Counted from the stretch's first letter, positions 10,451 through 23,411 are shown. The stretch is DNA of 64,000 nucleotides from Octopus sinensis (GCF_006345805.1 NC_043019.1:20211360-20275359); one strand, 5' to 3'. Notes: a model not told the origin generated them from the letters alone. Made by a program: numbers and translations.

Positions 10451-11929
10451 CATTAGGAAGAGTACCCAGTCAGAAACCATACCAAAGCAGACATTGAAAT
10501 TCAATGCAGTCCTCCACTTTGCTAGATCCTGTCAATGTTTCCAACCCATGTCAACATAGAAAACTGACTTTAAAAGATGATGATATGTATGTCTTCGTGT
10601 GTGTGTGTGTGTGTATGTGTGTACATATAATTTAAAGTTAGCACAAGGTATGAGAATGCGGAAACAGCATTGACCTGTTTAGAAATAGGAGCTAAATTCC
10701 TAATTCATTTGCCGGAAAGCACCAAATAACAGAAAAACAACGGTAGGCGAAGTATCTATTCTTTGCCAGTCTTCACACATTAGAGCAATGTGAAATGAAG
10801 TGTTTTGCTCATGAAGACAACATGCTGCCTCATCCACAAATTGAGTCCCACAATCTAGTAATCATGAGTGCAACCCCCTAACAACTTGGCTATGTACCTT
10901 CACATCATTTATGATACACATACCCAATTGTTTTTCGGCCGCGAGAGTAACTCAGGACTTATGAAAGGAAAGCTTTCTATTACTCAGAACAGCGCCGCCC
11001 CAACTGGCCTCGTGCTGGTGGCACATAAAAGGCACCATCCGATCGTGGCCATTTGCCAGCCTCGTCTGGCACCTGTGCCGGTGGCACATAAAAAGCACCC
11101 ACTACACTCATGGAGTGGTTGGCGTTAGGAAGGGCATCCAGCCGTTGAAACATTGCCAGATCAGACTGGGCCTGGTGCAGCCTTCTGGCTTCCCAGACCA
11201 CAGTTGAACCGTCCAACCCATGCTAGCATGGAAAGCGGACGCTAAATGATGATGATGATGATGATATGAAACAAGGGCTAACTAAAAGTCTGGAAACAAG
11301 CATGGACATTTAGGACAACTTCTGAAAATGCTTTGGACAGGCCTTGTGATTCTAATGTCTTCACAAAATATGGAATTATGACTGCTATTACCCAAAATCT
11401 TCAATTTCTGTCATGTTTTTTCTTTCATCATCATCATCATCATCGTTTAACGTCCGTTTTCTGTGCTAGCATGGGTTGGACGGTTCGACCGGGGTCTGGG
11501 AAGCCAGGAGGCTGCACCAGGCTCCAGTCTGATCCAGCAGTGTTTCTACAGCTGGATGCCCTTCCTAACGCCAACCACTCCGTGAGTGTAGTGGGTGCTT
11601 TTTACGTGCCACCAGCACAGGTGCCAGGGAAGGCTGGCAACGCGGCCACGATCAGATGGTGCTTTTTAAGTGCCACCGGCACAGGTATCACAAGGATATA
11701 TATATAAAGAAAACAGAAAATGGAGAAGTACTGATGAACAACAATCGACTCACGTCAATTATCATTCATTAATTCAAAGCAAATTCATATAATTTCATAT
11801 AAATTCTGTATTCATATAAATTGGTTGAATCATTGTAAAAGCTTTCAATGTTTATCATCTCTTAGCAAACTTACTTATTTGTAATCTTTGATGTGAATTG
11901 AAATTCTTTATGCTTTCTTATGTTCAATA

Positions 11930-14300
11930 TTTTCACCAGATACACAAATACATCTACAGAGAACATGATGACCTTTACAAGAGGTGATGTCAGTGGAATG
12001 AATACCGGAAAAAATACAAACCATTCCAAAGCGACGATGCAGGAGAAATTGTTCCTTGTAGATACAAACGGAAAAATTCCACAGAAAATTTCTAGCAGAG
12101 ACTAATCTGAGAATCTCATTCACTGAATTTTGCTGCTACATCCTTTTAAAGGTTGTGTACCCCAGTCTGCTTATGAGACTGTATGTGCAAACTACACAAG
12201 AATCTAAGCTTTCTGGCAAAAAAGTTTTGTGAACTGAAACTGATTGGGACTGCTGATCTAGAGAGATTTGCCAAACCTGTCTGTTGTGGTACTGCCAGCA
12301 GGCGTTGTATGTATAGAGTGTGTGAAAAGTACAAAGAGAAAACAGTTCTCTTCTAGAGTACATATGACAGTGCTGAAAAAGTGTTCTGTACCCATTAAGG
12401 AACAGGTGAGAAGGTAAACAGATACTTTCGGGTAGGGTCAAAAAAGAGAAAGGCTAACAGGGGCAATTTGTTGAATAGTTTTACATGTGTCTAAGTAAGT
12501 TCTAAAAGCTTTTCTTCGGTATGAAGCAGTATTATACCTATTTCTTTATTGCCCACAAGGGGCTAAACATAGAGGGGACAAACAAACGGATTAAGTCGAT
12601 TATATCAACCCCAGTGCGTAACTGGTACTTATTTAATCGACCCTGGAAAGATGAAAGCCAAAGTCGACCTCGGTGGAATTTGAACACAGAACCTAGCTGC
12701 AGACGAAATACCAGTAAGCATTTTGCCCGGCATGCTAACGATTCTGCCAGCTCGCCGCCTTATACCAACTACCAAGAGCTAGGGTCTGAGAGAGCAGGGT
12801 CCTTGAGGAATATTTAGTCTACCTAGATTTTTCTGGGAGTTTTATTTACAAGTGCAATCATGATATCTAAGCAGTGCACTTTGGATAATCTCACAAAGAG
12901 GATACACCACATTGATGGGTTTGTTTATGCAGATGGTAACCAAGAACAGACCTGCTTCTGCACAGTATCCTTACCAAAACACAAAACCTTCTGCAGCTGT
13001 ATTGATTCATCTGAATGTTGTGTTGGATTCTGCAGAAAATGTACCCTAAGGTTTCTGTGTTGGTCCTTATTCCCACCACTTACAGAAGGGCATTTTTCCT
13101 TCTGTTCAGCTGTGGTTTGGAGATATGAGGTGTCAAAGCAGGGATTTGGAATTTTTGAGGTGTGCCATAGCACATGACATTAGTGTAGCTGTGAATGGAA
13201 CTGAGCAATTGTAGTTTTTCAAATTCAGGAAAGATGGTTTTGCAACTTACTGAACAATCTGCACAAACGATGTGTTTATAGCAATCAAATGGTTATGCTG
13301 TACATAAGTTCTCTCCCTTGATGAAATTAACATTACCTGCATACAGGTAAATAGTGTATTATACATCAGATGACAAAGTAACATGAAATGAAGTATTTTG
13401 CTCAAGAGCACAATGTGCTGCCTGGTCCAAGAATTGAACCCACAATCTTGTAATCATGAGTGCAACACACTTACCACTTGTGAAAGGTAGGAGAGTCCAG
13501 TTTGCTGGACAATGTTGTAGAGCTGAAAACAAGGCAATTTCTACTCTTCTCCTCTGGAAGCCATCTACTTGCAATACCAGAGGGTGCACACTCTCCTACC
13601 CTGATGTAATCTCCAGGGATACAGGCATCCAGCAACAGGACCTCCGTAAAGCTATGATGGACCGTGAAGTCTGGCGTAGCATGGTAAATTCCATTGTCTC
13701 AACCACGGTCGAAAAATGATGATGATGATGACCACTTGGCCCCACACCCTTGCTGAATAACCAACACTCATACTAAGTTGTTCTTTATTCATGATGAAAT
13801 TCTTGAGTGGGTACCAGTAAACTTACCTTGGAACCATGAGAATATATCAGAAGGAAATTAATGCTTCAGGTGAGATAATATCTCACGATGTCAGTTGTGG
13901 GTAGCTGTCCCAGAAAGTATTTCCTTTCTGAGTGTTGGATTGGAATAACTAATATTTCAGCTATGCTGTAAAGCTACCACCATGATGGTGCCAGCTACTG
14001 TGTCACGGGCCAGTCACAAATCTTTTGAGAAGATCCTGAAGTGTCATACCAGCAGTGTGTACTTCATATGATGAAGATTTATATGCAGAAGTAATCCTTG
14101 ACAGGGATGAACCCCCATGTTCAAGTTAAATTCTTGTTACCATGTTGGACTAAACAAATTGTTTGGGCCAATTTGTGAAGAGGATGTATCATGGTATCTA
14201 TTTCCTCATCATAAGTTTCAGATCATCTCACTATCATCATGAGACATGGAAGTGTGGCCAGGCTTTCTAAATAATGGTTTCCAATTTTGATAAATGGTCA
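11930..14300 (+). pseudogene. Decayed DNA-transposon transposase interrupted by a SINE and an RTE-X fragment (family uncertain, possibly Sola2-like)
   Basis: Frameshifted peptide blocks in colinear order: FTRGDVSGM, DCMCKLHKNLSFL...CC...CMYRVCEK, QTCFCTVS, W/GNF FEVCH (compare FExxHGKG), GTMRIYQ...GEIISHDVSC, GLNKLFGPICEEDVSWY. Confidence 0.6.
13445..13732 (+). mobile_element. 3' end of an RTE-X-like LINE
   Basis: RRVQFAGQCCRAE...LLLWKP...DLRKAMMDREVWR followed by an (ATG)n tail. Confidence 0.8.
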
Positions 14301-14550
14301 GCAATCTTAGGGGAGAGATAAGTCAATTACATCAGTGCCGGTGGCACATAAAACGCACCAATCCGATCGTGGCCATTGCCAGCCTCGCCTGGCACCTGTG
14401 CAGGTGGCACGTAAAAAGCACCCACTACACTCACGGAGTGGTTGGCGTTAGGAAGGGCATCCAGCTGTAGAAACTCTGCCAGATCAGTCTGGAGCCTGGT
14501 GCAGCCTCCTGGCTTCCCAGATCCCCAGTCGAACCGTCCAACCCATGCTA
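14135..14550 (+). repeat. Direct duplication, copy 1 (copy 2 at ~17620-18025)
   Basis: About 400 bp nearly identical, spanning a transposase remnant and a family C junction. Confidence 0.92.
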
Positions 14551-15451
14551 GCATGGAGAACGGACCTTAAACGATGATGATCAGTCTCAGTATGTGACTG
14601 GTACTTTATTTTATCAACCCCAAAAGATGAAAAGTGTAATTGGCCTTGGCGGGATTTGAACTCAGAATGTAAAGAACCAGAAAGGCTTTCTAAATAATAG
14701 ATTACAAGAAACAACACTTTACATTCACAATTTTAGAGCTTGATATTATCTACTGATTACTAATTTCCAATGAAATTCGTTTCCACTGAGGGAGTTTTCT
14801 TCACAATAACTGATACAGTACACTTTATTTTTTAATGATCCTATAGACAGGTCTATCCCATTAATGGTGTGTGAGGAATTTATTCCTTGGTATTTTATTT
14901 ATTGTTATAAATAACTTCATGAACTGTTTTGTTTTGTTTTGTTTTGCGGCGGGGGGGGGGATCTCTTTTATCTTTTACTTGTTTCTTATTTCTTTATTGC
15001 CCACAAGGGACTAAACACAGAGGGGACAAACAAGGACAGAAAAACGGATTAAGTCGATTACATCGACTCCAGTGCGTAACTGGTACTTAATTTATCGACC
15101 CTGAAAGGATGAAAGGCAAAGTTGACCTCGGCGGAATTTGAACTCAGAACGTAACAGTAGACGAAATACCGCAAAGCATTTCGCCCGGCGTGCTAACGTT
15201 TCTGCCAGCTCACCACCTTGTCTTTTACTTTTACTTGTTCCTGCCATTGAACTGTGGCAATGCTGGGGCACAGCCTTGAAGAGATTAGTCAAACAAATCA
15301 ATCCCAGTACTTATTTTCTTTTTAAGTCTGGTACTTTGTCTATTTTGCTGTGAAACCAAATTATGGGAATGTAAACAAACTGACACACTAGTTGTTAAGC
15401 AGTGGGGCGGTGGGGGGGGGCAAATACAAGCACAAAGACACACATACTCAC

Positions 15452-16632
15452 ATTCTTAAGATTATAAACCTGGAAAATTACAGCAGGACAAACTATTACA
15501 CTTGGAAAAGTTCAGAATAACTTATTACATCTGGTAAAGTACAGAACAAGAAAATTTTTACTTAAAATATTGCAGCTAAGGATAAAATTTGAATATTAAA
15601 AATTATTTGATTTTAATTTACAAAGTAACATTATAATTAAAAGAGGTACCATCATTTTGTTAAGATATTGACACACTAGAATACTTAAAAATGAGAGCCA
15701 GAAGTACCAATATAGCTAAAGTTTTATGCAAAGTAGAATAGTATATATTGTAGGCAAATTCATTCTGTGAAAAATAGGCATTGGGTCAAAACCAAAAATT
15801 TGAAGACTTGGCAATAACTCAAGCAAATTTTACTGTGAGTTTGTTGTCATAGGTAGATTTTACTGTAATATATAACTAATTTTTGTATTGTACTAACTAA
15901 TTATGTACTACTACTATTTTTTATGACCTATTTTCAAATTTCTAATTATTAATTAATAATTTAAAAAAACATGAATTTTTTTAAAGTGCAAAAAATACTT
16001 GAAGCTATTTTTTCATTTTTAATAGAAGTAACAAGTAATAACAAATAGAAGTAACAACTAGTAATAAAATTTTTAGTTTTAATAAAAGTTAATCTTTATA
16101 TATAAAAGTGAAGTTGTGTGTCTGTCTCCTATGATTTAGATTCCTAACTACTCCCACATTTTGCGGTGCAGTTTAACCAAAACCAGGTATCTTATAGTCG
16201 TGATTCATATCAAGCCCTTCTGGGTATTAGCGCGCGTCTACGATGAGTCTACGATTTAAAAAAAATTTACCATCATTTTTTTCGCTATTATATAAGGGAA
16301 GTAACTCTCTAAAATGTCTACGATGAGTCAACGATTTAAAAAAAAATTTACCATAATTTTTTTTCCATTTTTAATGCATTTTTTGCTATTGTTTGGCTAT
16401 TTCCCTCTAAAAATGCTTATATAGTTATTTCCCTTACAAACCCGAGCAACGCCGGGCGATACTGCTAGTATTTTCTAAATCTAAATATCTTATTTGAAGT
16501 TTTATCCTTAGCTGCAATATTTTAAGTAAAAATTTTCTTGTTCTCTACTTTACCAGATGTAATAAGTTGTCTTGAACTTTTCCAAGTGTAATAACTTGTC
16601 CTGTGCTTTTCCAGGTTTATAATCTTAAGAAT
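15452..16632. repeat. Inverted repeat, ~135-bp arms, ~910-bp spacer holding a Helitron
   Basis: 15452-15587 versus 16500-16632, reverse complementary with scattered mismatches. Confidence 0.9.
16093..16468 (+). mobile_element. Non-autonomous Helitron
   Basis: A|TC 5' end, subterminal hairpin CCCGagcaacgcCGGG, 3' CTAG|T, no TSD. Confidence 0.85.
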
Positions 16633-18955
16633 ATTATTTCTTTTGCTTGCATTTTTCCATGTAATGTGTATGTGCGTGCGTGTGTGTGTAAAGGTTCCAA
16701 AGGGCAATTTAATATAATAATGAAATTATTGTATACAGTGCTCAGGTGCACCACAACTTGTCAGAACGTGCATATAAAGTACATGCAGTAATGTAGAAAT
16801 GTCTGGAAAGCGAACAATGTATGAGTCAGATACATGCTTGTGTGTGTATGGAGGGGAGAAAATCAAGTGTAGTGTTGGCGAATCTCAGGAAGCATGGAAG
16901 TTTTGAAGGATGCAGTGCTCCGACAACTAACAACTGATGCCGGCAGTTTGTTCCATGCTTCAGCAACTCTTAGCGTGAAAAAATGTTTCCGAAAGTCATC
17001 TAACAAAGATTCTTCATATTTTGCTGATAGGTTACTGGTGTCAGATTTTTGTGAATATGAAAATATTACATATAAATGGTAAGTTAAGAGAGTTTATGGA
17101 AAGGTATTCCATAGAAACTCAGCAAATGTGCTAAAAATGGAAAAGAGAAGATGTTAAAATTCGAAAGAATTTTAATACATGCATATGATCGTTTCAAACA
17201 GCAATATTAACAGGTAAATATATGGTAGAATAATTAAAATTAATTTGATTAAATTAAATTAATTACATATCACTATCTTCCTCAGTGCAAGAAATATACA
17301 ACAAAAAATTATTATTATTACAGAAGACTTGACGAAGGAAATAGCAGATAACAAATTCAGATATACATATTTTATCCGTATGAAAAATTGAGAGCATACT
17401 AAAGAATGTGAATCTAGTTGGGTATAAACTAAATATGATACAGCTAATAAAGCTAGAAAAAAGTAGTAAAATCATTTTTTTTTCAATTATAATTATTGAT
17501 ATTTAGTAGGCTGACTCTGTATAAATAAAAATACGAGTTAAGAATCTAGCTTGGCATAAAGTGAGATGGGAGTATATAGTAATATACTATATACTCGTAA
17601 AGTGAGAGTGAAGTATTTTTCTTGTGACCATGTTGGACTAAACAAATTGTTTGGGCCAATTTGTGAAGAGGATGTATCATGGTATCTGTTTCCTCATCAT
17701 AAGTTTCAGATCATCTCACTATCATCACGAGACATGGAAGTGTGGCCAGGCTTTCTAAATAATGGTTTCCAATTTTGATAAATGGTCAGCAATCTTAGGG
17801 GAGAGATAAGTCAATTACATCAGTGCCGGTGGCACATAAAACGCACCAATCCGATCGTGGCCGTTGCCAGCCTCGCCTGGCACCTGTGCAGGTGGCACGT
17901 AAAAAGCACTCACAGAGTGGTTGGCATTAGGAAGGGCATCCAGCTGTAGAAACTCTGCCAGATCAGACTGGGGCCTGGTGCAGCCTCTTGGCTTCCCAGA
18001 TCCCCGGTCGAACCGTCCAACATATGCTAGTAAGGAGTGTTTAATATAAGGTTATTGTGAATATAAGAAAATTTTTTAAATTTATTTATGGAGTAGTAGG
18101 TGCACATAAGTATACTGAAATATACAAAAATAATTCATATATAAAAAAATCTTATAATGGAAAAGAATTTTATAGTGTATACTGATTCATTTGTGAAGAA
18201 TATATCAGTAAAATAGTATACATGGATTTATGTATTCTAGTTGTTTTATTTGAGAAAGAACACTACAAGAAAAATAAATATACTTATACCGGTGCAAAGA
18301 GAGAGTAAAAAGGCCAAACGGATATAAATATTATAATTACCCACACATATAAAAAGCTGTTATTATATACAAATATATATACACACATATATATTATTTA
18401 TATGAATGTCTATATAGTGGTGTGTATGTATATATATATATAAAATATATAAACATAGTAAAAAGGCGATAAAATAAATTATTATTGCCGGTGATATTAT
18501 AAAATATAATTTAGAGATAAAAACACTATTATGCAACTCAAACTGTGATAGACATAAACCAATACATAAATAACAAATAATATATATTGTTATAAAACAT
18601 AACTTATAACTAGATCTCAAAAAGTATAAAATGAATTGATTTAATACTAAATTGAATTTTTCCCTGTAAGTTTGGAGTTATACTCCCTGATGTTATTATT
18701 ATATATATGTATATGTGTGTTTGTGTGTGGGACATACGTATATGTGCACACATTTATATTAAAAATACAAATTCGTGATAACATATGGTTAATAAGCACA
18801 CAATAGTAATAATAATAAAATAAATAAAATAGATCAACATGCAATGACAAATAAAATCGATATCTATAAATGCATACATTGTTGTAGGCAAGTTAGACAC
18901 CAAGAAGTATTATATGTACTCAACACCCCCCACTTACCTATTCCAATTATATTGA

Positions 18956-19182
18956 TTAACCCTTTCGTTAACCTGGCTGAAACCAGCTGTGGCTCCGTAG
19001 TACAAATGTCTTGTTTTCATAAGTTTTGAATTAAAGTCTTCCACCAAACCTTAGTCACAATTTATGTTCCTAACACCAGCTTAATGATAACTACGCTATT
19101 TTACTAATTTCTTTGTTATATTTTAAAGTAATTGAAAGAAACACAGAGAATCTCAAAATAAATACGGTAATGAAAGGGTTAA
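18956..19182. mobile_element. piggyBac-type MITE (second copy ~48924-49152)
   Basis: TTAA|CCCTTTC...GAAAGGG|TTAA. Confidence 0.85.
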
Positions 19183-19405
19183 CCCTTTAGCATTCAGATT
19201 ATTCTGTCAAAGGTAACACTTTTTCATTCAAATTGTTTTTAATTAGTCCTGTATTATTTTGCAGCTTTGAAATTTTGATGATGTGACTGTATATTTTATA
19301 ATGGCATTGTAGGGTTGGCGTGAGAGACCAGATCTGGCCAGTCTGAACATAAAACAGGAAGCATATTTGGGCCGGATATGGCTGGTTTAAATGCTGAAGG
19401 GTTAA
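19179..19405. mobile_element. piggyBac-type MITE family 2 (copy ~47511-47738; partials near 26940, 33780, 34110, 47880-48118, 56770)
   Basis: TTAA|CCCTTTAGCATT...AATGCTGAAGGG|TTAA. Confidence 0.82.
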
Positions 19406-19778
19406 TATTACTTGCCAATCTACCTGATATTTAATTATGTCTTACAGCTGATATATGCAAACACATATAATACTTCTTGGTATCTAACTTGCCTACAACA
19501 ATGTATGCATTTATAGATATCGATTTTATTTATCATTGCGTGTTGATCTATTATATTTATTTATTTATTTTATTATTATTACTATTGTGTGCTTATTAAC
19601 TATATGTTATCACAAATTTGTATTTTTGATATAAACATGTGCATATATACATATGTCCCATACACAAACACACATCTACATTTATATATGTATGTATATA
19701 TATATATATATATATTATATATTATATATATATATATATATATGTATGTATATATATATACATATGTATATATATATA

Positions 19779-19846
<68 letters not shown>

Positions 19847-20031
19847 CAAAATAAGAAAATGGAGAAACACATCTTAATCAATAATAAACTACCAGATAAT
19901 ACCCAATCACATAATTTATTAAACCACTACATATGAACATTAAGGTCAAACATAATAGTATAGAACAAAACAATGTACATCAGTGAGTAATATGATACAA
20001 TAAGTACAGAATGTATATATATATATATGTA

Positions 20032-20397
20032 TATATTATATTAAATTAGAGATAAAACCACTATTAGGCAAATCAAACAATGAAAAACTTAAGCCAATAC
20101 ATAAAATTAATTAATTTATATTATTTTAAATATATATCAAAAGTATTAAAATTTAATAAAAGATAATGAGTAAAACACTACGATCGTTTCATGGCTGTCC
20201 AATTCGTAATAATTTGAGTTATGGTTACAGTCAATCTTCAGGTAATTGTAGTGTTTTACTCATTATCTTTTATTAAATTTTAATACTTTTGATATATATT
20301 TAAAATAATATAAATTAATTAATTTTATGTATTGGCTTAAGTTTTTCATTGTTTGATTTGCCTAATAGTGGTTTTATCTCTAATTTAATATAATATA
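20032..20397. repeat. Perfect foldback, 150-bp arms, 66-nt loop
   Basis: 20032-20181 is the reverse complement of 20248-20397. No mismatch was noticed by eye. Confidence 0.95.
20171..20255 (-). ncRNA. Putative minimal type I hammerhead ribozyme motif
   Basis: Minus strand: AATTAC-CTGAAGA-[interrupted stem II TGACTGT..CCA / TGG..ACAGCCA]-T-GAAAC-GATC-GTA|GTG. Stem III is the palindrome ACGATCGT. The 10.1:11.1 pair is non-canonical (U.U). Confidence 0.5.
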
Positions 20398-21546
20398 ATA
20401 TTTTACTATAAAATTGGATTCAATCCTAAATCTGATTTTTCCCTGTAAGTTTGGATTTATTCCCTAATATTTTATTATATATATATATATATGTGTGTGT
20501 GTATGTGTATATATATATATATGAATGTCTATATATGTATATATATATATACATACGCTTTTCAAGAGTTAAGTAAACTTTTTTGTTTAAGAAATTTTAT
20601 TGTATTCTATATAACTATTGATTGTTAAATTTGAATTTATAATTATTTTAGTTGTTAATGATAATTTAGATATGTACGTTTATTTAATTATTATTAGTAT
20701 ATAATTATTATAACTGAACGTAAATTTTAAGATATTAGTTAGTCACTGTGGTATATAGATCATAGTGGAGGCACAATGGCCAAGTGGTTAGGGCAGCGGA
20801 CTTGCGGTCGAAGGATCGCGGCTTCGATTCCCAGACCGGGCATTGTGAGTGTTTATTGAGCGAAACACCTAAAGCTCCACGAGGCTCCGGCAGGGGATGG
20901 TAGTGAACCCTGCTGTACTCTTTCACCACAACTTTCTCTCACTCTTTCTTCCTGTTTCTGTTGTACCTGTATTTCAAAGGGCCGCCCTTGTCACTCTCTG
21001 TGTCACACTGAATCTCCTCGAGAACTACATTAAGGGTACACGTGTCTGTGGAGTGCTCAGCCACTTGCACCTTAATTCCACGAGCAAGTTGTTCCGTTGA
21101 TCGTATCAGCTGGGACCCTCATCGTCGTAACCAACGGAGTGCTCCTATCTATAGATCATAAAAATGTTTTTGATAATGATGATAATACTAATAATAAGAT
21201 ATCTTTAAAGATAGGTTATATGTTTTTAATTTGATTTTGAATCTATCGAATCTGACCTTGCTCAAGCATCCTTCCTCGCTTATCCTGTTGTGGGTGCAAA
21301 ATTATCACTTCTTGTTGAAATGTGAAGCTAACGGTTGATGAAATACTCCTAATTTAAATATTTATGAATAGAATTAACCTAGGTGCAGGAGTGGCTGTGT
21401 GGTAAGTAGCTTGCTTACCAACCACATAGTTCCGGGTTCAGTCCCACTGCGTGGCACCTTGGGTAAGTGTCTTCTACTATAGCCTCGGGCCGACCAAAGC
21501 CTTGTGAGTGGATTTGGTAGACAGAAACTGAAAGAAGCCTGTCGTA

Positions 21547-21591
<45 letters not shown>

Positions 21592-22550
21592 ATGTTTGTG
21601 TGTCTGTGTCTGTCCCCCTAGCATTGCTTGACAGCCGATGCTGGTGTGTTTATGTCCCCATCACTTAGCGGTTCGGCAAAAGAGACCGATAGAATAAGTA
21701 CTGGGCTTACAAAGAATAAGTCCCGGGGTCGAGTTGCTCGACTAAAGGCGGTGCTCCAGCATGGCCGCAGTCAAATGACTGAAACTAGTAAAAGAGAAAA
21801 GAGAAAGAGAGTAAAATCATAAATCCAGCTATCTGAGTCAATGAGTAACAAGCTGATGGATGGAAGCACTCCGTCGGTTACGACGACGAGGGTTCCGGTT
21901 GATCCGATCAACGGAACAACCTGCTCGTGAAATTAACGTGCAAGTGGCTGAGCACTCCACAGACACGTGTACCCTTAACGTAGTTCTTGGGGGATATTCA
22001 GCGTGACACAGGGAGTGACAAGGCTGGCCCCTTTGAAATACAGGTACAACAGAAACAGGAAGTAAGAGTGAGAGAGAGTTGTGGTGAAAGAGTACAGCAG
22101 GCCCAGTGGTTAGAGCAGCGGACTCGCTGTCGTAGGATCGCGGTTTCGATTCCCAGACCGGGCGTTGTGAGTGTTTATTGAGCGAAGACACCTAAAAGCT
22201 CCACGAGTCTCCGGCAGGGATGGTGGTAACAAGCTGATAATGCCACGCTGTCTGTTGATTGGCTGAAATTACCCGAAATTTCCCAACTTTAATTCCAAAT
22301 AACATCAGATTCTTTAATTTGCGAGATAAAAGTAATTGGTTGATCGTAATTAAAATTCAGAGTTGCATCGATACATCAAAATTGAAATCAATCTGAGCAA
22401 AATTAAGGGGGGGGGGCTCATTTTGCGAAGGAGAAAGACTAGATCCAAGCATAATACACACACACTCTCTCTCTCTTCTCTTTCTCTTTCACTCTCTCTT
22501 TCTTTCTCTTTCACTCTCTCTTTCTTTCTCTCTCTCTCTCTTTCTCTCTT

Positions 22551-23374
22551 CTTCCATGTGAACAAGCAAACCCCCTACACACACACTCTCTCTCTCTCTC
22601 TCTCTTTCTCTTTCACTCTCTTTCTTTCTCTCTCTCTCTCTCTCGCTTCTCTTTCCTCTCTTCTCTCTCTTCTTTTCACCTCTCTTTCTCTTTCTTCTCT
22701 CTTCTCCATGTGAAAAAGCGAAAACCCCTACACACACACACTCTCTCTCTCTCTTTCTTTCTCTCTCTTTCTTTCTTTCTCTCTTTCTTTCTTTCTCTCT
22801 TCTTCCATGTGAACAAGCAAACCCCCTACACACACTCTATCTCTCTCTCTCTTTCACTCTCTCTTTCTTTCTCTCTTTCTTTCTCTTTCTTTCTTTCTCT
22901 CTTCTTCCATGTGAACAAGCGAACCCCCTACACACACTCTATCTCTCTCTCTCTCTCTTTCACTCTCTCTTTCTTTCTCTCTCTTTCTCTTTCACTCTCT
23001 CTCTTTCTCTCTTTCTTTCTCTCTTCTTCCATGTGAACAAGCGAACCCCCTACACACACACACTCTCTCTCTCTCTTTTTTCTCTCTCTTTCTTTCTTTC
23101 TCTCTTTCTTTCTCTCTCTCTTCTTCCATGTGAACAAGTGAACCCCCTACACACACTCTCTCTCTCTCTTTCTCTTTCACTCACTCTCTCTCTTTCTTTC
23201 TCTCTCTTTCTTTCTCTCTTCTTCCATGTGAACAAGCGAACCCCCTACACACACTCTATCTCTCTCTCTCTCTCTCTTTCACTCTCTCTTTCTTTCTCTC
23301 TCTTTCTCTTTCACTCACTCTCTCTCTTTCTCTCTTTCTTTCTCTCTTCTTCCATGTGAACAAGCGAAACCCCC

Positions 23375-23385
<11 letters not shown>
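22551..23385. repeat. Eight ~30-bp conserved cores separated by variable (TC)-rich spacers
   Basis: cttccatgtgaacaagc(a/g)aaccccctacacac at ~22551, 22701, 22802, 22904, 23026, 23123, 23221, 23349. Confidence 0.93.

Positions 23386-23411
<26 letters not shown>

Larger units (their letters stand above)
18711..19675. repeat. Inverted repeat, ~210-bp arms around two tandem piggyBac MITEs
   Basis: 18711-18917 versus 19463-19675. Confidence 0.9.

Noticed and set aside
17000-18350. AT-rich coding-like stretches as a viral or transposon ORF
   Set aside because: Many stops and no motif I could identify with confidence.
19589-19936. Tyr/Ile-rich ORFs (also 37647-38205, 22350-23359, 36765-37427, 23581-24489)
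   Set aside because: Translations of (TA)n, (TG)n, (TC)n and trinucleotide microsatellites.
20765-20840. tRNA gene
   Set aside because: The tRNA-like sequence is the head of a multi-copy SINE, continuing into SINE body without a proper acceptor stem or terminator.
22551-23385. CRISPR array
   Set aside because: The spacers are low-complexity TC repeats similar to each other, there are no cas genes, and the context is eukaryotic.
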